From: Epiperipatus broadwayi
Lineage: Eukaryota; Animalia; Onychophora
NCBI GenBank assembly: GCA_028023455.1
Contig: JAQFVV010000005.1
Coordinates: forward strand, 18,600,001-18,664,000
DNA: 64,000 nt
Reading direction: 5' to 3'
Shown here: piece after piece, positions 15,510 through 29,030 of the stretch
How positions within the stretch are numbered: the stretch's first letter is position 1
Layout of the letters: each line of letters begins with the position of its first letter
Position numbers and translations under genes: made by a program
Notes under the pieces: model-generated
Database searches by the model: none
What the model was told of the DNA's origin: nothing
Seen by the model: the letters and a program-made list of their open reading frames with translations, nothing else

Positions 15510-16336
15510 GTTTGCTATATAAAATTATATTTTTATATGAATTGTGTTAGATATGGGAACTGTCATATTATCTTTTTTTTTAATTTTCTTATTATTTATT
15601 GGTTAACTTTATTAAATAATTGTTAAAAAAATAATAGTTTCTGAAATTAATTTTTGTGTTAATGTCTATATTACTTCAGCTATCAGTTTCTGTGAATTGG
15701 CAGTGTGTTGTCTTGATTTCATCATAGCATGGTGCTTTAAAGATTTTGCAGCTTATCCCAGTAAGACTATTTAAAATAAAATAGTTTAATTATATACATT
15801 TATGTTTTTTCTTGTTTTACAATCACAGTATTTAAGATCCCTGTGATCCTGAGCTATATCTAGAGCCATATATATATATATATATGTTTGTTTGGGTATC
15901 AATATACTTCTTTGATGGCACAAAGGTGTCAAAATACAATTAAAATTGATTCACTGTACTTTACTTATATAGATTGGAAATTATTTAAAGTTGGTCTAAA
16001 CATTCATGGAATCATATAGCCAGAGAATTTTTGATAATCAGCATGTGTCATGAATCCAGAATTTCTATTATGCAATAACAAATAAATAATCATAACTTCT
16101 AAATATATGTAATTGTAAAGCCTGTGCTACATAACTCAGTGAAGAATAGTTACTTCTACCTTACAATTTCTATTATGATAGATGCACTGATATGTATGTA
16201 TTCAGATTAGTGGTTTATATTAGGCCATAAGTTTGGCATTGGCTAGATAATTAGTCTACATTTTGATATTGAACCTCCTTTAGATGCAATCACAAAGGAT
16301 GACTGATGACTATTCCTGTTTAATGCTAGTGATGTA

Positions 16337-16385
<49 letters not shown>

Positions 16386-16500
16386 TATTGTATTCTGTGT
16401 TGATTCTTTTATGCTTCGTTTGTATTTGTTGATGACTATTCATTGAAAATGTTAATTGAGATAACTGTTTATTCGATGGAGATAATGATTGTTATTTTCT
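15510..16500. repeat. Dispersed direct repeat copy 2 (pair at ~10300-11200); possibly PLE tail on minus strand
   Basis: As copy 1. Minus-strand DSMNV*TNFK*FPIY resembles a PLE C-terminus. Contains a (TAT)n tract at ~16345-16385. Confidence 0.75.
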
Positions 16501-17083
16501 TATATTTAAACTTTATATTCATTTATATCAGTACAATATATATAATACACACAAGAAAGTGTGTGAATAATAGAGAAATAAATGGATTATTCTTTCAAAA
16601 ATAAGATGAACAAAAAAGCATTCCTAGTATTCATGATATATTTCTAGAATTTATTACCAAGACTATTCTTGAAACCATGGGTAACAGCAAACTCTAGATA
16701 AAATATGTGTTTTTATATATAAGCACCCATGTCTTTTCAAAACTTAATTTTAAAAATATATATATTAAAATATTAACAAAAATAGTATAAAATAGTCAGA
16801 GAGAAATCATATAACTGATTAAATGCAAGTTAGCAAATACGGGAGTATGAAAAATATGAAAATGACTGAGCAAAGAGTGATTCATAAAAGTGCTTGCATG
16901 CATAAAATTTATGAATTCAAATTTGTGGTTTCTTTAATTTAATATTTTAATCACATTGTAAGTGATCACAACTTTGCACAATAGATTCCCATAATGGACC
17001 TCCATACTGGTGATTACAATAATTAATTTATAATGACCATTTAATAAGATTCTAACAATAAATTTAAGAAGTATTGTTCTTAC

Positions 17084-17227
17084 TTTCATAGTATTATTTT
17101 GCAACTGTTTTAATTTATCTTCTAATTTTCTTCCAACCACAGCTAATTCTGCATTTCTCCGTTTCAATTTTTTCATTTTTTCTTCATTTGGCTTTTGTTC
17201 TTTTTCCAGCATCTCCATACTTTTCCT
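17084..17227 (-). CDS. RIMBP2: Internal coding exon of a RIMS-binding protein (RIM-BP/TSPOAP1 family) N-terminal coiled coil
   Basis: 144-nt phase 0-0 exon with acceptor TTTATAG| and donor |GTAAGA. Encodes RKSMEMLEKEQKPNEEKMKKLKRRNAELAVVGRKLEDKLKQLQNNTMK, matching my recall of the RIM-BP motif EEKV.RLKRKNAELAVIA.RLEE. No other exon identified; family call from memory. Confidence 0.75.
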
Positions 17228-17694
17228 CTATAAATATATAAAGAATAAATAAACATTAAGTAAATAATCGAATAGTTTTGTTGCCAAGGAAATCATGATA
17301 AAATCAAATATTAAAATAATACAGCTGGCCAATACTTATGGACCTTAAATTCCAGAGTCCTTCACTCTACACTGCATCAAATTACACCTAACAATAAACA
17401 TTAATAAGTTTCAGAAGAAATTATCATAAAACAGACAAACCTCATTTTACAAAGTACTTAATTCTTTTTTTTAAATGAGCTTATTATTTCATCATCTATT
17501 ATTACTTATCTAAATGCAACATCCATATTTTTAATATTCTGAAACTGTCTAATTTGCATATTCTAAAACTGTATAATTTGCATTATTATATATAAAATTC
17601 AAATGTATATGCAGATGATTTTTTTTAAAAAAAATACAGTGCCTTTATTTTGTTTATATATTTTAGTATTATTACAATTAATCAAATATGTGAA

Positions 17695-18258
17695 TATTAG
17701 TTGTATTTTTATATGACTTCCATCATCTAATATGCCTATTGAATGTCTTTAGAAAAAATTAATTTTATTTAAATATTCTAAATACATTCAACTGTTAGTA
17801 ATAGAACATCAAACAGATTAGTATTTGCACAAACGTTTTGAGAGGTATTATTCTCCTCTCTTCTTCCGGTATTGCTGCTGATCAGTGACAATATTAGTAC
17901 AGGATTCGAACCTGGGTCCTTAAATTCTTGATTATTGAATTTTAAGGTAATGCTCTAACCAACTGAGCCATCTGACTCAGTTGGTTAGAGTGTTACCTTA
18001 AAATTCAATAATCAAGAAACTAAGAACCCAAGTTTGATACCCATGCTAGTACTGTTGTCAAGGGTCAGGCCAGCAACACCTAAAGAAGAGGGGAGAATAA
18101 TACCTCTCAAAATATTGTGCATATACTAATCTGTTTGATGTACTATTACTAACAGTTGAATGTATTTGGAATATTTAAATAAAGTTAATTTTTTTCTAAA
18201 GACAATCAATACGCATATTAGATGATGGAAATAGTCCAATATTAAAATACAACTAGAA
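17695..18258. mobile_element. Head-to-head foldback of two tRNA-derived SINE copies
   Basis: Arms ~17695-17970 and 17973-18258 with ~2-nt spacer. A-box TGGCTCAGTTGG and B-box GGTTCGAATCC (17902-17912, minus). Third copy at ~62465. Confidence 0.85.
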
Positions 18259-21200
18259 TACCATCACCACAAACCTTCGAGAAAGCACATGTGAATATTA
18301 ATTATCAATGAGCATAAATTAATATTAATTAATTATATAAAAAAAAAAAACAATATATGATCTATATAAAATGTATATTTGTATAATATTGTGATCAACT
18401 ACGCATAATTTAAATTGTGTGCTCAGTCTAAACAATGTTGAAACAATATATCTTTGGAATAATCGTATTTCTGAATAACAGCTTGAAAAGTGCTGCCATC
18501 CAAATATGTCTACTGTAAAATATCACATATTATGTAAAATTAATCCAACATTTGTTATAAAGTTAGAAGCAATCAGGTCTGATCTAAACAAGAATGTATA
18601 TGACAAGGATGTAAACAAATCAAAGAAACCAATTCACAGAGAATAAATGAGTAAGGAAAATGCCCGCTTATCCCCCTGCAGTCTCTGTTCTCTGTTCATA
18701 TCAAAAATATTTTAGAAAATACTGACGTTATTGAAATCTTCCTTCATAATAGTCAAAGTTTATATACAGTAAATAACTATAATAAATGTATTTGATTTTA
18801 TAATACCCAATTTGTAAAAATTCACAAAACAGTATCTCATATTATAATAGAACAAATGTCAAAGCAGCTTGAATTAGTTACATTACGCAACCACGTAATC
18901 AAAAAAATATTTATAAAAAAATCTTATAAATTAAATAATAAATGTATAAATTGTCAAGTGCATATGTAATAAATATAACATATGCATTATTCATGTACAC
19001 TTTAAAAAAAATACCTTATGCATTTTAATCATATTAGTAAATACTTTATGAAGAAAATATATTTTGTAAAAGTGAGAAAAATATATACACAACTCACAGT
19101 GAAAAAAATTTTTTTTCTGCTGTTAAACATATAATGAATATGAAAGCTACTCTTTAAAAAAAGGGGGAACAAATTTTTAAGAAAAAAGAAAGAAGTTAAA
19201 TTAAAACTTTTCTTATATAATTCAAATTTGTGATATTATTATATGATAATAACAATATGAGAAGCTAAATTTAAACAAATCTGTTCAAGTCTTCTAACCA
19301 AGAATCTAACTGCTGATTATCTTCCAAAATGTCTATAACTGAAATATACTGGTATTATCACCATGACTATGGGAATAACAGTCTTTAAAGGTCAGTCAAC
19401 CTGGAAATATTTTATTGTTTACAGACTATATTAATCTTGGATATGATATTTTACTTTTATGATTTTAGATTATATAATTATTCCATATATGTGCAGAGTG
19501 GAATACTATATTAACCTTAGATATAAAATTTTACTTTCATGACTTTAACACATATAGTTATATTATGTATGTGTGGAATGAAATGCTACATTAACCTTTT
19601 GTGTGCCAGGGTCAGAACGATAGAGGATTAGCTACAACCCACTTTGAACTTATATTAGAGATAACATTCCCGCTATATGAGTTATCTCATTATTAAAATA
19701 ATAATAATAATTATTGAAAGAAAATAACAGCTAACCAGAAAACTATTTTATAACTGTCATAACAATTGGGGGAATTATTTGCTTGAATAACCATTTCTAA
19801 TCTTCTACACTGACTAGATAAATTAAGATACTGAAAATATTTTAGCTTTGGAGTAACGCCTAAAATATAAATAATGAAGTTTATTAACTTTTGAGGAATA
19901 CTCTAATTAAAATTGTACATATCCTATCTTTTAAAAATATCTCATATATTCAGAAAGCCTATCATGAATCAATTAATTATGGAATATTCATTGTGAGTGG
20001 AAAGGAAGAGGAATACAATCAAACTTATAAGTTTCTGTATGTTATAACTGAAAACTATCCAATTTATAGATGTTGTACAGTAAGTATTAAGAAAATGTGC
20101 TATATTGATTTTATTGGTGAATAGTCAATATATTTAAAATATTACGTATTTTAATTTAGTTATTTGAACGAGCCTGTATTTTTATTTTGATGTCTATTTT
20201 CATATTATCTGATTGATGTGTAAAGTTCATAATATATATTCTATTGTGCCCCAAAATAATTATTTATCAATTTAAATTAATGGGATTGAAAATATGAGGT
20301 AGAGATTTTAAAAAATCAATTATTAGGGAACAGCACCCACATAAAGGTTCAATGATTATTTAGTGAATCTACAATATGTATCAACACCATATGATTTAGT
20401 CTTATATATCTTTCCAGGGTTTTGTGCCTATACTTGTATTATATTTACTATGTGTTACTATTTTGCCCATGTTCTAGGCAGAGTCGGCTGTTACCTCAGT
20501 TACTTCCTATAATAAAATCTTTATTTCATTTTATGTCTTAATTCATACTAGTAAGACTGCCTGTGCCTCCTAATTTGGCAGATTGATAAGGGTAATTTTA
20601 CGTCTCTTTTATATTAAGTAAATGTTAACACTGTTAACACTATTTTATATGGCATTTTTTTGTGGTGGTGGTTAATCTGCAGAATAATTGTTTGCCATTT
20701 TTTATATTCTTTATATTCGTTTCTGCAGTGGTGGTTAATCCTCAGAACAGTCTGTAGTTGTGCTTATTGCTCTGATGATGGTTAAAAAACCTGCAGGGCA
20801 CTTAATTCTTAGTTATTCCTTTGTGCGGATGAATACATCCACAGGAATATTATTGCTCTTTGTAGTATAAATGTATGTTGAGCAAAGACTCTATACCTTC
20901 TGGTGCTTACATTGTTTTCCTCATCTTTAGGTTGGTTTCGCATGTTCAGTTATCAGCTATAAAAGGGCATTCAATTAAATCATTTTCATAATTTATTATA
21001 GGTCAATTTATATATTTCCAGCTGAGTTGAGATTCAAATCTTCTCTTTGATTCCTTATCTCATCATAAGCAGCTCTTGCAGGTTTATCAATACCAATTGT
21101 TATTATTATTATTATTATAAATCTGAAGTATAGGTGCATTGTTTCTGGTTTTTACGTGTTGGTGAAACTACTGACTAGTTGTTTGAACCCATCCTCTCTC

Positions 21201-23099
21201 CTATAAGGTGCTGAAATCAAATCCATTTATGAGAAAATCTTATAATTGTGTTTATTTAGGATTCATGTATATTATCCATGTACAGAAATAAATACATGTG
21301 ATGGTCTTTTATTTTGTTTATTTAGTTATCTAATTTTGTGAATATTGTATTAACCAATTATTTATTTAGTATTGATTGAGTCATAATAAATGTTAATTTT
21401 ATAATTTAATCTAACTATGCCGTTGCTATTTGTCATATATAAAAACCAGAAAATCCAACGTATGTACAGCAAAGTTTATTGAAATTATGAGAGAATATCT
21501 TAATGCTTTTAAAAGTTCTTGGATAGTTAGTGATTTACAGGGTATAATAAAATCCCATTTACCTTCTACATCACCTCCGCTTTGCTTTGTTAATTCTAGA
21601 ATATAATCCAGAATTTGTTACTTCTATTGACGTTTGCGATATTAGGACCTAAATTAATGAATAAGTTTGTTAGCCAATATTATAATGGGACCTGTTTTCT
21701 AATATTATAATTTATGTATTACAATAAGAGTCTCGTTACTGTTTATTTAACTAGAAATTTGAATTAATGATGAAAGAACTTAAAGTTTATATGTTTACCT
21801 TTTATTGCAAATCAAATATTGTACATAGCATTTCGGTATTAAATCATGAGTATGTCTGAGCTACAGCCAATCATGTTATGAGGCTGACTATGACTTTTAC
21901 TGTCTTGTTAAATGGCCTATATTCACCGTGTGATAGTTAGTATTGATGTAATGGGTCATAAATTTAATCCTGGAAGAGTAATCTTTAGTAGTTTTATAGA
22001 TTATACCACCTTGTTCGTGGTCGGCCATAAGATCTCACGTAAATAAAATTCATAAATTAGGGGTTTGAAGTGTAGTTTTTAAGATACAGTCATTAGTGAA
22101 AATAATAATTAGTTAAATAGTCATGCAATTTATTTTGGGAAATTTAATGTATCTTCATGTACTGCTGCGATCGGTCTTCGCGGTGCATTCTGACTGCAAC
22201 CGGATTATACCGTAAGTTTTATATTATATCATTAATTCTGCCTGGTATGATCCGGGCAGACTTTCTATTACAATATACATATATATGCATGTAGATATAC
22301 AATTACTTCAATACAAATTAAAATATAATATGTAGATATGCAATAAGAAATATACATAGAAATTAATATAATCTATGTTATTGCTTATTTCAACAATAAA
22401 TTAAATATATATATTACTTGTAGAAATTTAAAAAAATGCTACACACATAAAACAAATAATTCCAAAATAGAATTATATATCCAACAGTATGTTTTAATTA
22501 GATGTAAAATAAACAATTCTTATATTTTATATGTTGTGTGCATGTGTGTGGACGTTTAAGTATTTAAATGTAAGAAATGATTTAGATTTGTCTTTTATTA
22601 TATCTTTATTTATATGTATTTAAAAAGAATGGGGAAGTATGGAAATGTTTATTATATCTATAAAGATATTACATATGGGACAGAGAAATGTGAATAACTC
22701 CGTGTGTGTAAATTTAATTAAAAAAAATAACAGATATATTAATCTTTAACTGAAGTTTAAAGTTTATATCTGTGCTAGAGATAATCTCTAGTTTCGAAAA
22801 TGATTAGTAATAATCATTAGTGTGTTTATCTGAAATGGATGGCGTCAAAGTTGTGAGTGGAGGAAGTTTGACAATGGTAAATGAAAATGTAACAATTTTT
22901 ATTCAGCAAAAATTGATTTAGTTGCTAGAATATTTCTTAAATATTAACTTATTTATTTAAAAGTCAATTTAAATTCGTTTAGAATAAATATCTGAGAATT
23001 TTAGAGTTTATGATTTATTTATTTTGAATAAATATTTGTTTAAATTTTTTTTTTTTAAATCTGGAAATAAAAGTTTTTACTGCCTTGATTTAAAAATCT

Positions 23100-23520
23100 T
23101 AACACTAACATTTTGCCCACTAAAAACCATGATACCGTCTTCCAATATTTCATGGACATCAGAATAAACTCCCAATGTATTATGGATAATATTATGTCAT
23201 CCAGACATGATGAGATAACTGGTATAAAAGACGAAGTTTGGGGAAATTTTTAGTGCATATAGGACCTAAACAGGTCCAAAATATTAAATAGCCATTTTGT
23301 TTTCATCTACATGATGGCAGGCTAAAGTTATAACTAGAGAGATGTCTTTGTTAGGCATCTGACTTTTCTCATCATGCCAAAAGAAAAGTGGACAGCAACA
23401 AATAACTAGAAATCATCATCAATTAATTCATTAATTCAAGAAAAATCTCATTTATTATATTATACTCAACTGTTAGTAGAAAATAAACAAATTGACTTGT
23501 GGAATTCCTGTCTCAATATT
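23100..23520 (-). mobile_element. Possible RTE 5' region remnant
   Basis: Shares GGAATTCCTGTCTCAA (23501-23516) with the 5' UTR of the RTE at 52670-52685; weak endonuclease-start similarity downstream. Confidence 0.3.
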
Positions 23521-23598
23521 TAACAAATTGCTGGATTTTTTTCAATTGAAAAATAATGATAAATAGATGGTATATGTTGGAAAAAATCTGGAACGTTA

Positions 23599-23644
23599 TC
23601 CTCAGACCAATCAGTTTTGAGCTTATGGCTCACCTCAATGAGGA
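23599..23644 (-). ncRNA. Decayed type-I minimal HHR
   Basis: TCCTCA-TTGAGGT-GAGC-CATAA-GCTC-AAAAC-TGATTG-GTC-TGAGGA: perfect 6-bp stem I and 4-bp stem II. Core changes mostly fit C>T/CpG decay. Confidence 0.7.
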
Positions 23645-24197
23645 GCTTGAACATTCAGACACTAGATCTAAAATATCAACTCAAAATCAAGCACCTATTT
23701 AATACATAATATTTAAGTAGAAACTGAAATTTTCAAACATGAAAATATCTTTAATTCCAGCTATCTAACTTAAATAGCCATATGGGACTGAACTAAATTC
23801 AGATCTACCATATATTAATAGCTTTATTAATGCCAAGGCCTTAAAGGTAAAATTATAGTAAACAAAAAAGCAAGTCATATATAACATGACATTAATTTTA
23901 TAAGCTTGTGTTTACAAACATATAATATAGAGAGCGTAACAATAGATCAAGCAAGCTCAGTGAGGAGCTTGAACATTCAGACACTAGATGTAAAATATCA
24001 ACTCAAAAACCAGCACTTATTTAATACATAATATTTAAGTAGAAACTCTGAAATTTTCAGACATGAAAATGTCTTTTAGTCTAACTATCTAACTTAAATA
24101 GCCATATGGGACTGAATTAAATTCAGATCTACCATATATTAATAGCCTTATTATTGCCAAGGTGTTAATGGTAAAATTATAGTAATCAAAAAAGCTA
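23639..24197 (-). repeat. Tandem direct duplication of a PLE tail (23639-23872 / 23961-24197, period ~322)
   Basis: Colinear near-identical blocks. Minus strand AIN...FSPIW resembles a PLE end. The second copy ends in TCCTCA-CTGAG (truncated HHR). Confidence 0.75.
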
Positions 24198-25353
24198 ATC
24201 CATAATTAGCTAAATACTTGGAACGTTTAATAATTACTTTCCAGCACAAGTTAGTGTTCGGAGCAATATATATATATATGATAAGTCATCATTACACAAT
24301 AAAAAAATTAATAGACTAAAATAATTTGAAAATTAAAAAATTACTATTTCTAAATGCTTTAAATATTTAAAAGAGCCAGCTTTTAATAGATTATACTTAA
24401 CCAGTAAGATAATGAATCATATATAATTGAAATAATACCTATAGGTGCTGTAAAATTTCCTCCTAGCATGTACATTTCTAGTAATTTCCTTTCATAATTT
24501 GTGGGAAATTTTAATATTGATTTTACAGTCAAAATATTAAATAATTTTTAAGACAATTTTAAATATAAAATTAAGATAGCCACTGTCAGCTTTAATATTT
24601 AATTATTTGCTTATAGTTTGGTAGATTTTAAAGCTTTTTTTCTCTTAACCTTGGTAAGTGGAGATGAATGAGATCTGCTTATATTAATGTCAAAGATAAC
24701 ATGAGCTTTAGAGTCAGGCAAATGATTGATTCAATGGTTGATTCAAAGATGTTTTTCTTTCTATACACTCATTTTGCAATATCTTTCCCAATAGAGTTAT
24801 CTGATCTGTTATAAAATTCTGTTCTTCTATCTCTCCCTGTTTTTGTATAAAATTCTGTTCTTCTATCTCTCCCTGCTTCTGAATTAGCTATATTTAATTT
24901 AATGAAGTTATAATCTTTTCATTTCATTTCCATATATACAAGAAAGATAAAAATTTATTCATTATTTTTTAATAAATGTTATTTAGTTTTGAATCTTCTG
25001 AAACCTATATTAAGTTAATCTTTTCTTTCCAACTCTTTGTAAGTAAACTGTGTGTCTTTTTTTTTAACTGTTTTACCTTGCTTTTCTTTTATTGTTTTGC
25101 TTATTTTTTCTTAATAACTTATTACTAATATTTGCTTTGGATAGCACCAGTATGAAATGAAATTAGCAGCAGTCCATTATAATGTTATCAATTATAAACA
25201 TTACTTTAAATTATTGAAATGAGCAAAAAGTTTAGACTTTGTAGCTAATTATTCCAATGTATAAATATATAAAATGCGCTAAAATGCACTAACACACAAA
25301 GCTGAAGTCAAAGAAATCTTAATATACAAACTAAATATATGTATCTAAGTATG

Positions 25354-25397
25354 TGGCAAAGCACTTTCAAGGGCCAAGGTCCTCATGTTCATAGCCA
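25354..25397 (-). ncRNA. HHR, A3-type core (position 8 mutated to C)
   Basis: TGGCT-ATGAACA-T-GAGG-ACCTTGGC-CCTT-GAAA-GTGC-TT-TGCCA. Confidence 0.6.
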
Positions 25398-25725
25398 TCT
25401 TGTAAATAAATTAGTTAAGAGCAATGCAAATTTATGCAAATGAAGTAGTTAAGTATTCCATTTCCTAGAGATCTTATAGCAAGAGTCTTTTCTGTTTATG
25501 GAGATGTTATCTTATAAAGTAAGCTTCCCTCATCTTTCTCTTAAGATCGTGTCACTCTCTGTAAATATCCGCTGGATCTTTAGGTTGGCAATCATGACCA
25601 GCTGTGCTGAGCGAAAACTGTCTGTTAGTGCTTTATTATAGAAGTATGGGTGTTGGGATAGCCAAGTGGACAGAGAGGTTCTGGACTCACCATAATATGA
25701 TGCCATACAGTGTGTTTCAGGGCAA

Positions 25726-25765
25726 GCTATGAATATGAGGACCTTGGCCCTCGAAAGCACTTAGC
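25726..25765 (+). ncRNA. HHR with A3:U8 core
   Basis: GCT-ATGAATA-T-GAGG-ACCTTGGC-CCTC-GAAA-GCAC-TT-AGC. Confidence 0.7.
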
Positions 25766-28279
25766 CACATACTTAGATACATATATTTAGTCTGTACCAA
25801 TGTATATTAAGATTTCTTTGTCCTCAGCTTTGTGTGTTCGTGCCTTTTAGTGCATTTTATATATTTACTTTAAATTAAGCAAAAGAAAGCAATCTAAACT
25901 ATGTTAAAAAATTTGTAAATAAATGGTATTTGTATAATTACCATAAATAGACAGTACCACCATCATCTATGAATACAATAGTTATGAATATATCCACATT
26001 TCATATTTATATATCCAAACACAAAATTCTCATGAGAACTCTCTAAATTTTATTTTGGGGATTTGAATTAAAAAAATTAATTTGAATGCAAGAACTACAT
26101 ACATGATTACTTTTAACATGTCATCAATCCCAAATCCAAAAGAAAAATCTTCACTCTTCTAAATTACTTTCTCTGAGCTCTTTTCACTTCATCATAGACA
26201 TTAATGTCAAGAATAGTGGAAAGTATTATCAACTTGTTTGCTCCCAATGATCTTCAATCATTGTTACTCATTGTTTCTGAATAAATTAAAGCTAAAACTT
26301 GCATTGAGAGTAATAATACATAGTTTATTGCTGATCGTATACTGTAAGATTCAGCAATTAAAGGTTACAATCAAATCCAATTCCCCAGACCAAATTTTAA
26401 CTATAACCATCACAAATAAGAAGCACTTGATGTCCCCATATACAGTAGCTATCTTCATACTATTTAAGTTAATCAACATAACAAACAAACACTTTAAGAG
26501 TTTTGAATGCAACTTAACTCACTTCTATAGTTACATATACATCTTATAATAGGCAGAAAAACAGCGTACTTTATTGACCTCACTTTTATTCTAATTCTAA
26601 CAGATTTATGTCTTAAGCAACTAAATCAAGTATCTCATTGTTTCCATTGTTTAACAGCAGTAATTTTACTATGTTTGTTCTACTCCAAAACAATCTATTA
26701 CAGGTATTAGTAATCAGTTGATACTAAAGATTAATGCTACATCCAAAACCTCAGACTAGTTTGCAATGCATTGCTTTAGTATAGAATGAACAGAATAAGT
26801 TACTGCTCCTAAAGCAAATGTTGAACATAAATAAAGTTATAGAATATTTTCCTGAAGGTTTATGATCATGGTATTTTAGATGTGATTATTTCCACCATCT
26901 ATCAGTAAATGTTGACTATCAAGAAATTTTTAAACTTTATTTAAACTTTTTCAAATACAAACAATTGTTATTAATGATACATAAATAGACAGCTCGGGTA
27001 GTAATAGTGCTATCTATTTGCATGTTATTAGTAATAATAGCAATAGTCCAACATATTATTAGTAAAATCATTTGATGCTTTAAATAGTACACAGAATACT
27101 TTCAAGAGTTCATGTGTTCACAAGTAACAAAAGTGATAACTATAAAAAGCAAGTTAGCTTTAATAAACCTTAAGGTATTTCTACCTTCAGTTATTAGCAT
27201 AGGTAACATAAAAAGTTTGAATGCTTTCTGGATTTGAGTCTATAAATCTAATGCTCTTCACTGATAAAAGCCAATATCCAGAAATTAGTGAGAATTTGAA
27301 TGTAATACTACCATCTAGTTCCACTGATTAATTAAACTTACACTAAATAGCTCTGGAATGAGATAAATAGAACAAACTACTGCACTTAATATAGATATTA
27401 AAAGTTAGCAAAAAAATCATAACATGATTTATTAAATATAAAGCTTATATCAATGGCTATTGTTTTTTAATTAGTCTCATAATGAATAAATCTATGGAAC
27501 AGGGTATTTTTGAGGTCACTAAAGGATTTCATAGTGGTCCTGTGATTGTATTAAAAGCTGAAAGTCTAAATTGATTCTTGACCAGAGTAAAATAAAATCT
27601 CAGTGTGATAGAATGAAAAAAACTGGTATGCTCAGCCTATAACACATCACATGACCTTATAATCAATATACTGTTTATTTATACCATATGAGAAAAAAAG
27701 ACCTGCAACCCATATGAATAATTGGCTTCATTTGTAGATCAGTGGAATCTCAGATACTCATTAATTCCATGTAAAAGCATCCAAGGTTACATATAGATAA
27801 GATTGGGTATCTTGGCAGATGGAAAAGATCAGAGAATAGATCTATAACAAAGTAATAACATGTAATCATTGTGCCTGGTATTAACATCGTTATTTATTCA
27901 AGAAATCTTACATGCCGAACTATATCAAAAAAATAATAACTCTTACATCGTAAAGTTGCTATATGTTTAAGTTTTTTGCTCAAAATTAGATTGGATAACT
28001 ACATGATTCAGTATTACATCACAGTATTAACACTTGATCATTACTTCCTGTGGAAATTTCATACTGCTTATCTTCCTCTTAACATAATTTATTCTAACAA
28101 GTCAATTTCAGAACTGCATTGTATAGTTTAATAAGCTCATTGTACTATTAAATTATCTAATCAAAAAGCTGAAGACATTTAAATTGTTCTAACACTTTAC
28201 ATAAAGATAAAATGTAAACCACCCCCATAAAAATATAATGTACATCAGTGGTAAAAGCTACATGTTATTACAACTGTAT

Positions 28280-29030
28280 AACCTTTATTTGATTATTTCA
28301 GATTAACCATAGACTTACTTCTACAGCTAATAATAGTAGATACCACTTTACAAAACAATACTAGATTGCTAGTTGATTGCTTTAAATTGTCTTTGTGAAC
28401 CCAATAATAAGCCTGCTTGTTGAACCTAAAAAGTTTCCAATGTTCAGAAAGCTAAATTTAAATCCAAAGTCAATATATAGTAGACAAATACTCTAAATAG
28501 TAAATCTTCATATATAAAAAACTTTATAGAAAGAAATATTATATAAGCAAATTTGGAGCAAAGACATCTCCAAATGTTGTATCTAAATAATGTGTAGTCT
28601 TGCAGCAATAGAGTTCAGTTGCTATGCCAACAAAGATGGATATGAATCTATTGATGCTGAAAACTTGATTGGCTGATTGCTTTAGCACAGAATCAAAATT
28701 GGTAAAAAAAAAAAAAAAATTTGTTTAAAAATGCAGTTTTAATATTGTGATTATTAATTAATTGTTAAATTGATAATTTATAGTTGTTTTTCAAAATTAA
28801 CATAATGTTTAAATATTTAAAATTTAAAAAGATAATGATGTAAACATTTGACATTTTAAAATGATTATTAGTTTTAAATTTTTTTTTTTTTTAAAAAAAA
28901 AGATCTTGTATATTACATTGGGATGCTAACAGATGACTGCAATTAACTGGAAAACAATGTTGTAAGCCCTGAAATAATTGACATGGAGGAATTTCTTCAC
29001 TGGTTACTTTAATGTAATATCAAAATTGGT
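28280..29030 (+). pseudogene. Decayed coding remnant, possibly pogo/Tigger-like transposase C-terminal part, with a duplicated 96-nt block
   Basis: KKLYRK, WSKDISKCCI and GYESIDAENLIG*LL loosely resemble pogo FK..YRK, AW..I..NC and E.ID.ENV.EWL; multiple stops. Confidence 0.3.

Larger units (their letters stand above)
25263..25866 (-). mobile_element. PLE GIY-YIG 3' fragment with inverted terminal repeat
   Basis: IACPETHCMASYYGESRTSLSTWLSQH and, in another frame, RERHDLKRKMREAYFI..SINRKDSCYKISRKW. Arms 25263-25395 and 25726-25866. Confidence 0.85.

Noticed and set aside
16934-17083. ORF-track extension of the RIM-BP-like ORF beyond NNTMK
   Set aside because: Read-through past a consensus GTAAGA donor into intron
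20700-21110. Cys/His-rich minus-strand remnants suggesting a zinc-finger retroelement; CTGAGGA...GAAAC at ~20745
   Set aside because: Fragmentary with no diagnostic motif; stem II cannot form
22835-22876. Possible first coding exon MDGVKVVSGGSLTM|GTAAAT, with an upstream donor at 22212
   Set aside because: No recognisable protein or downstream exons; could be chance
24810-24875. 30-bp direct repeat with 36-bp period
   Set aside because: Ordinary slippage duplication
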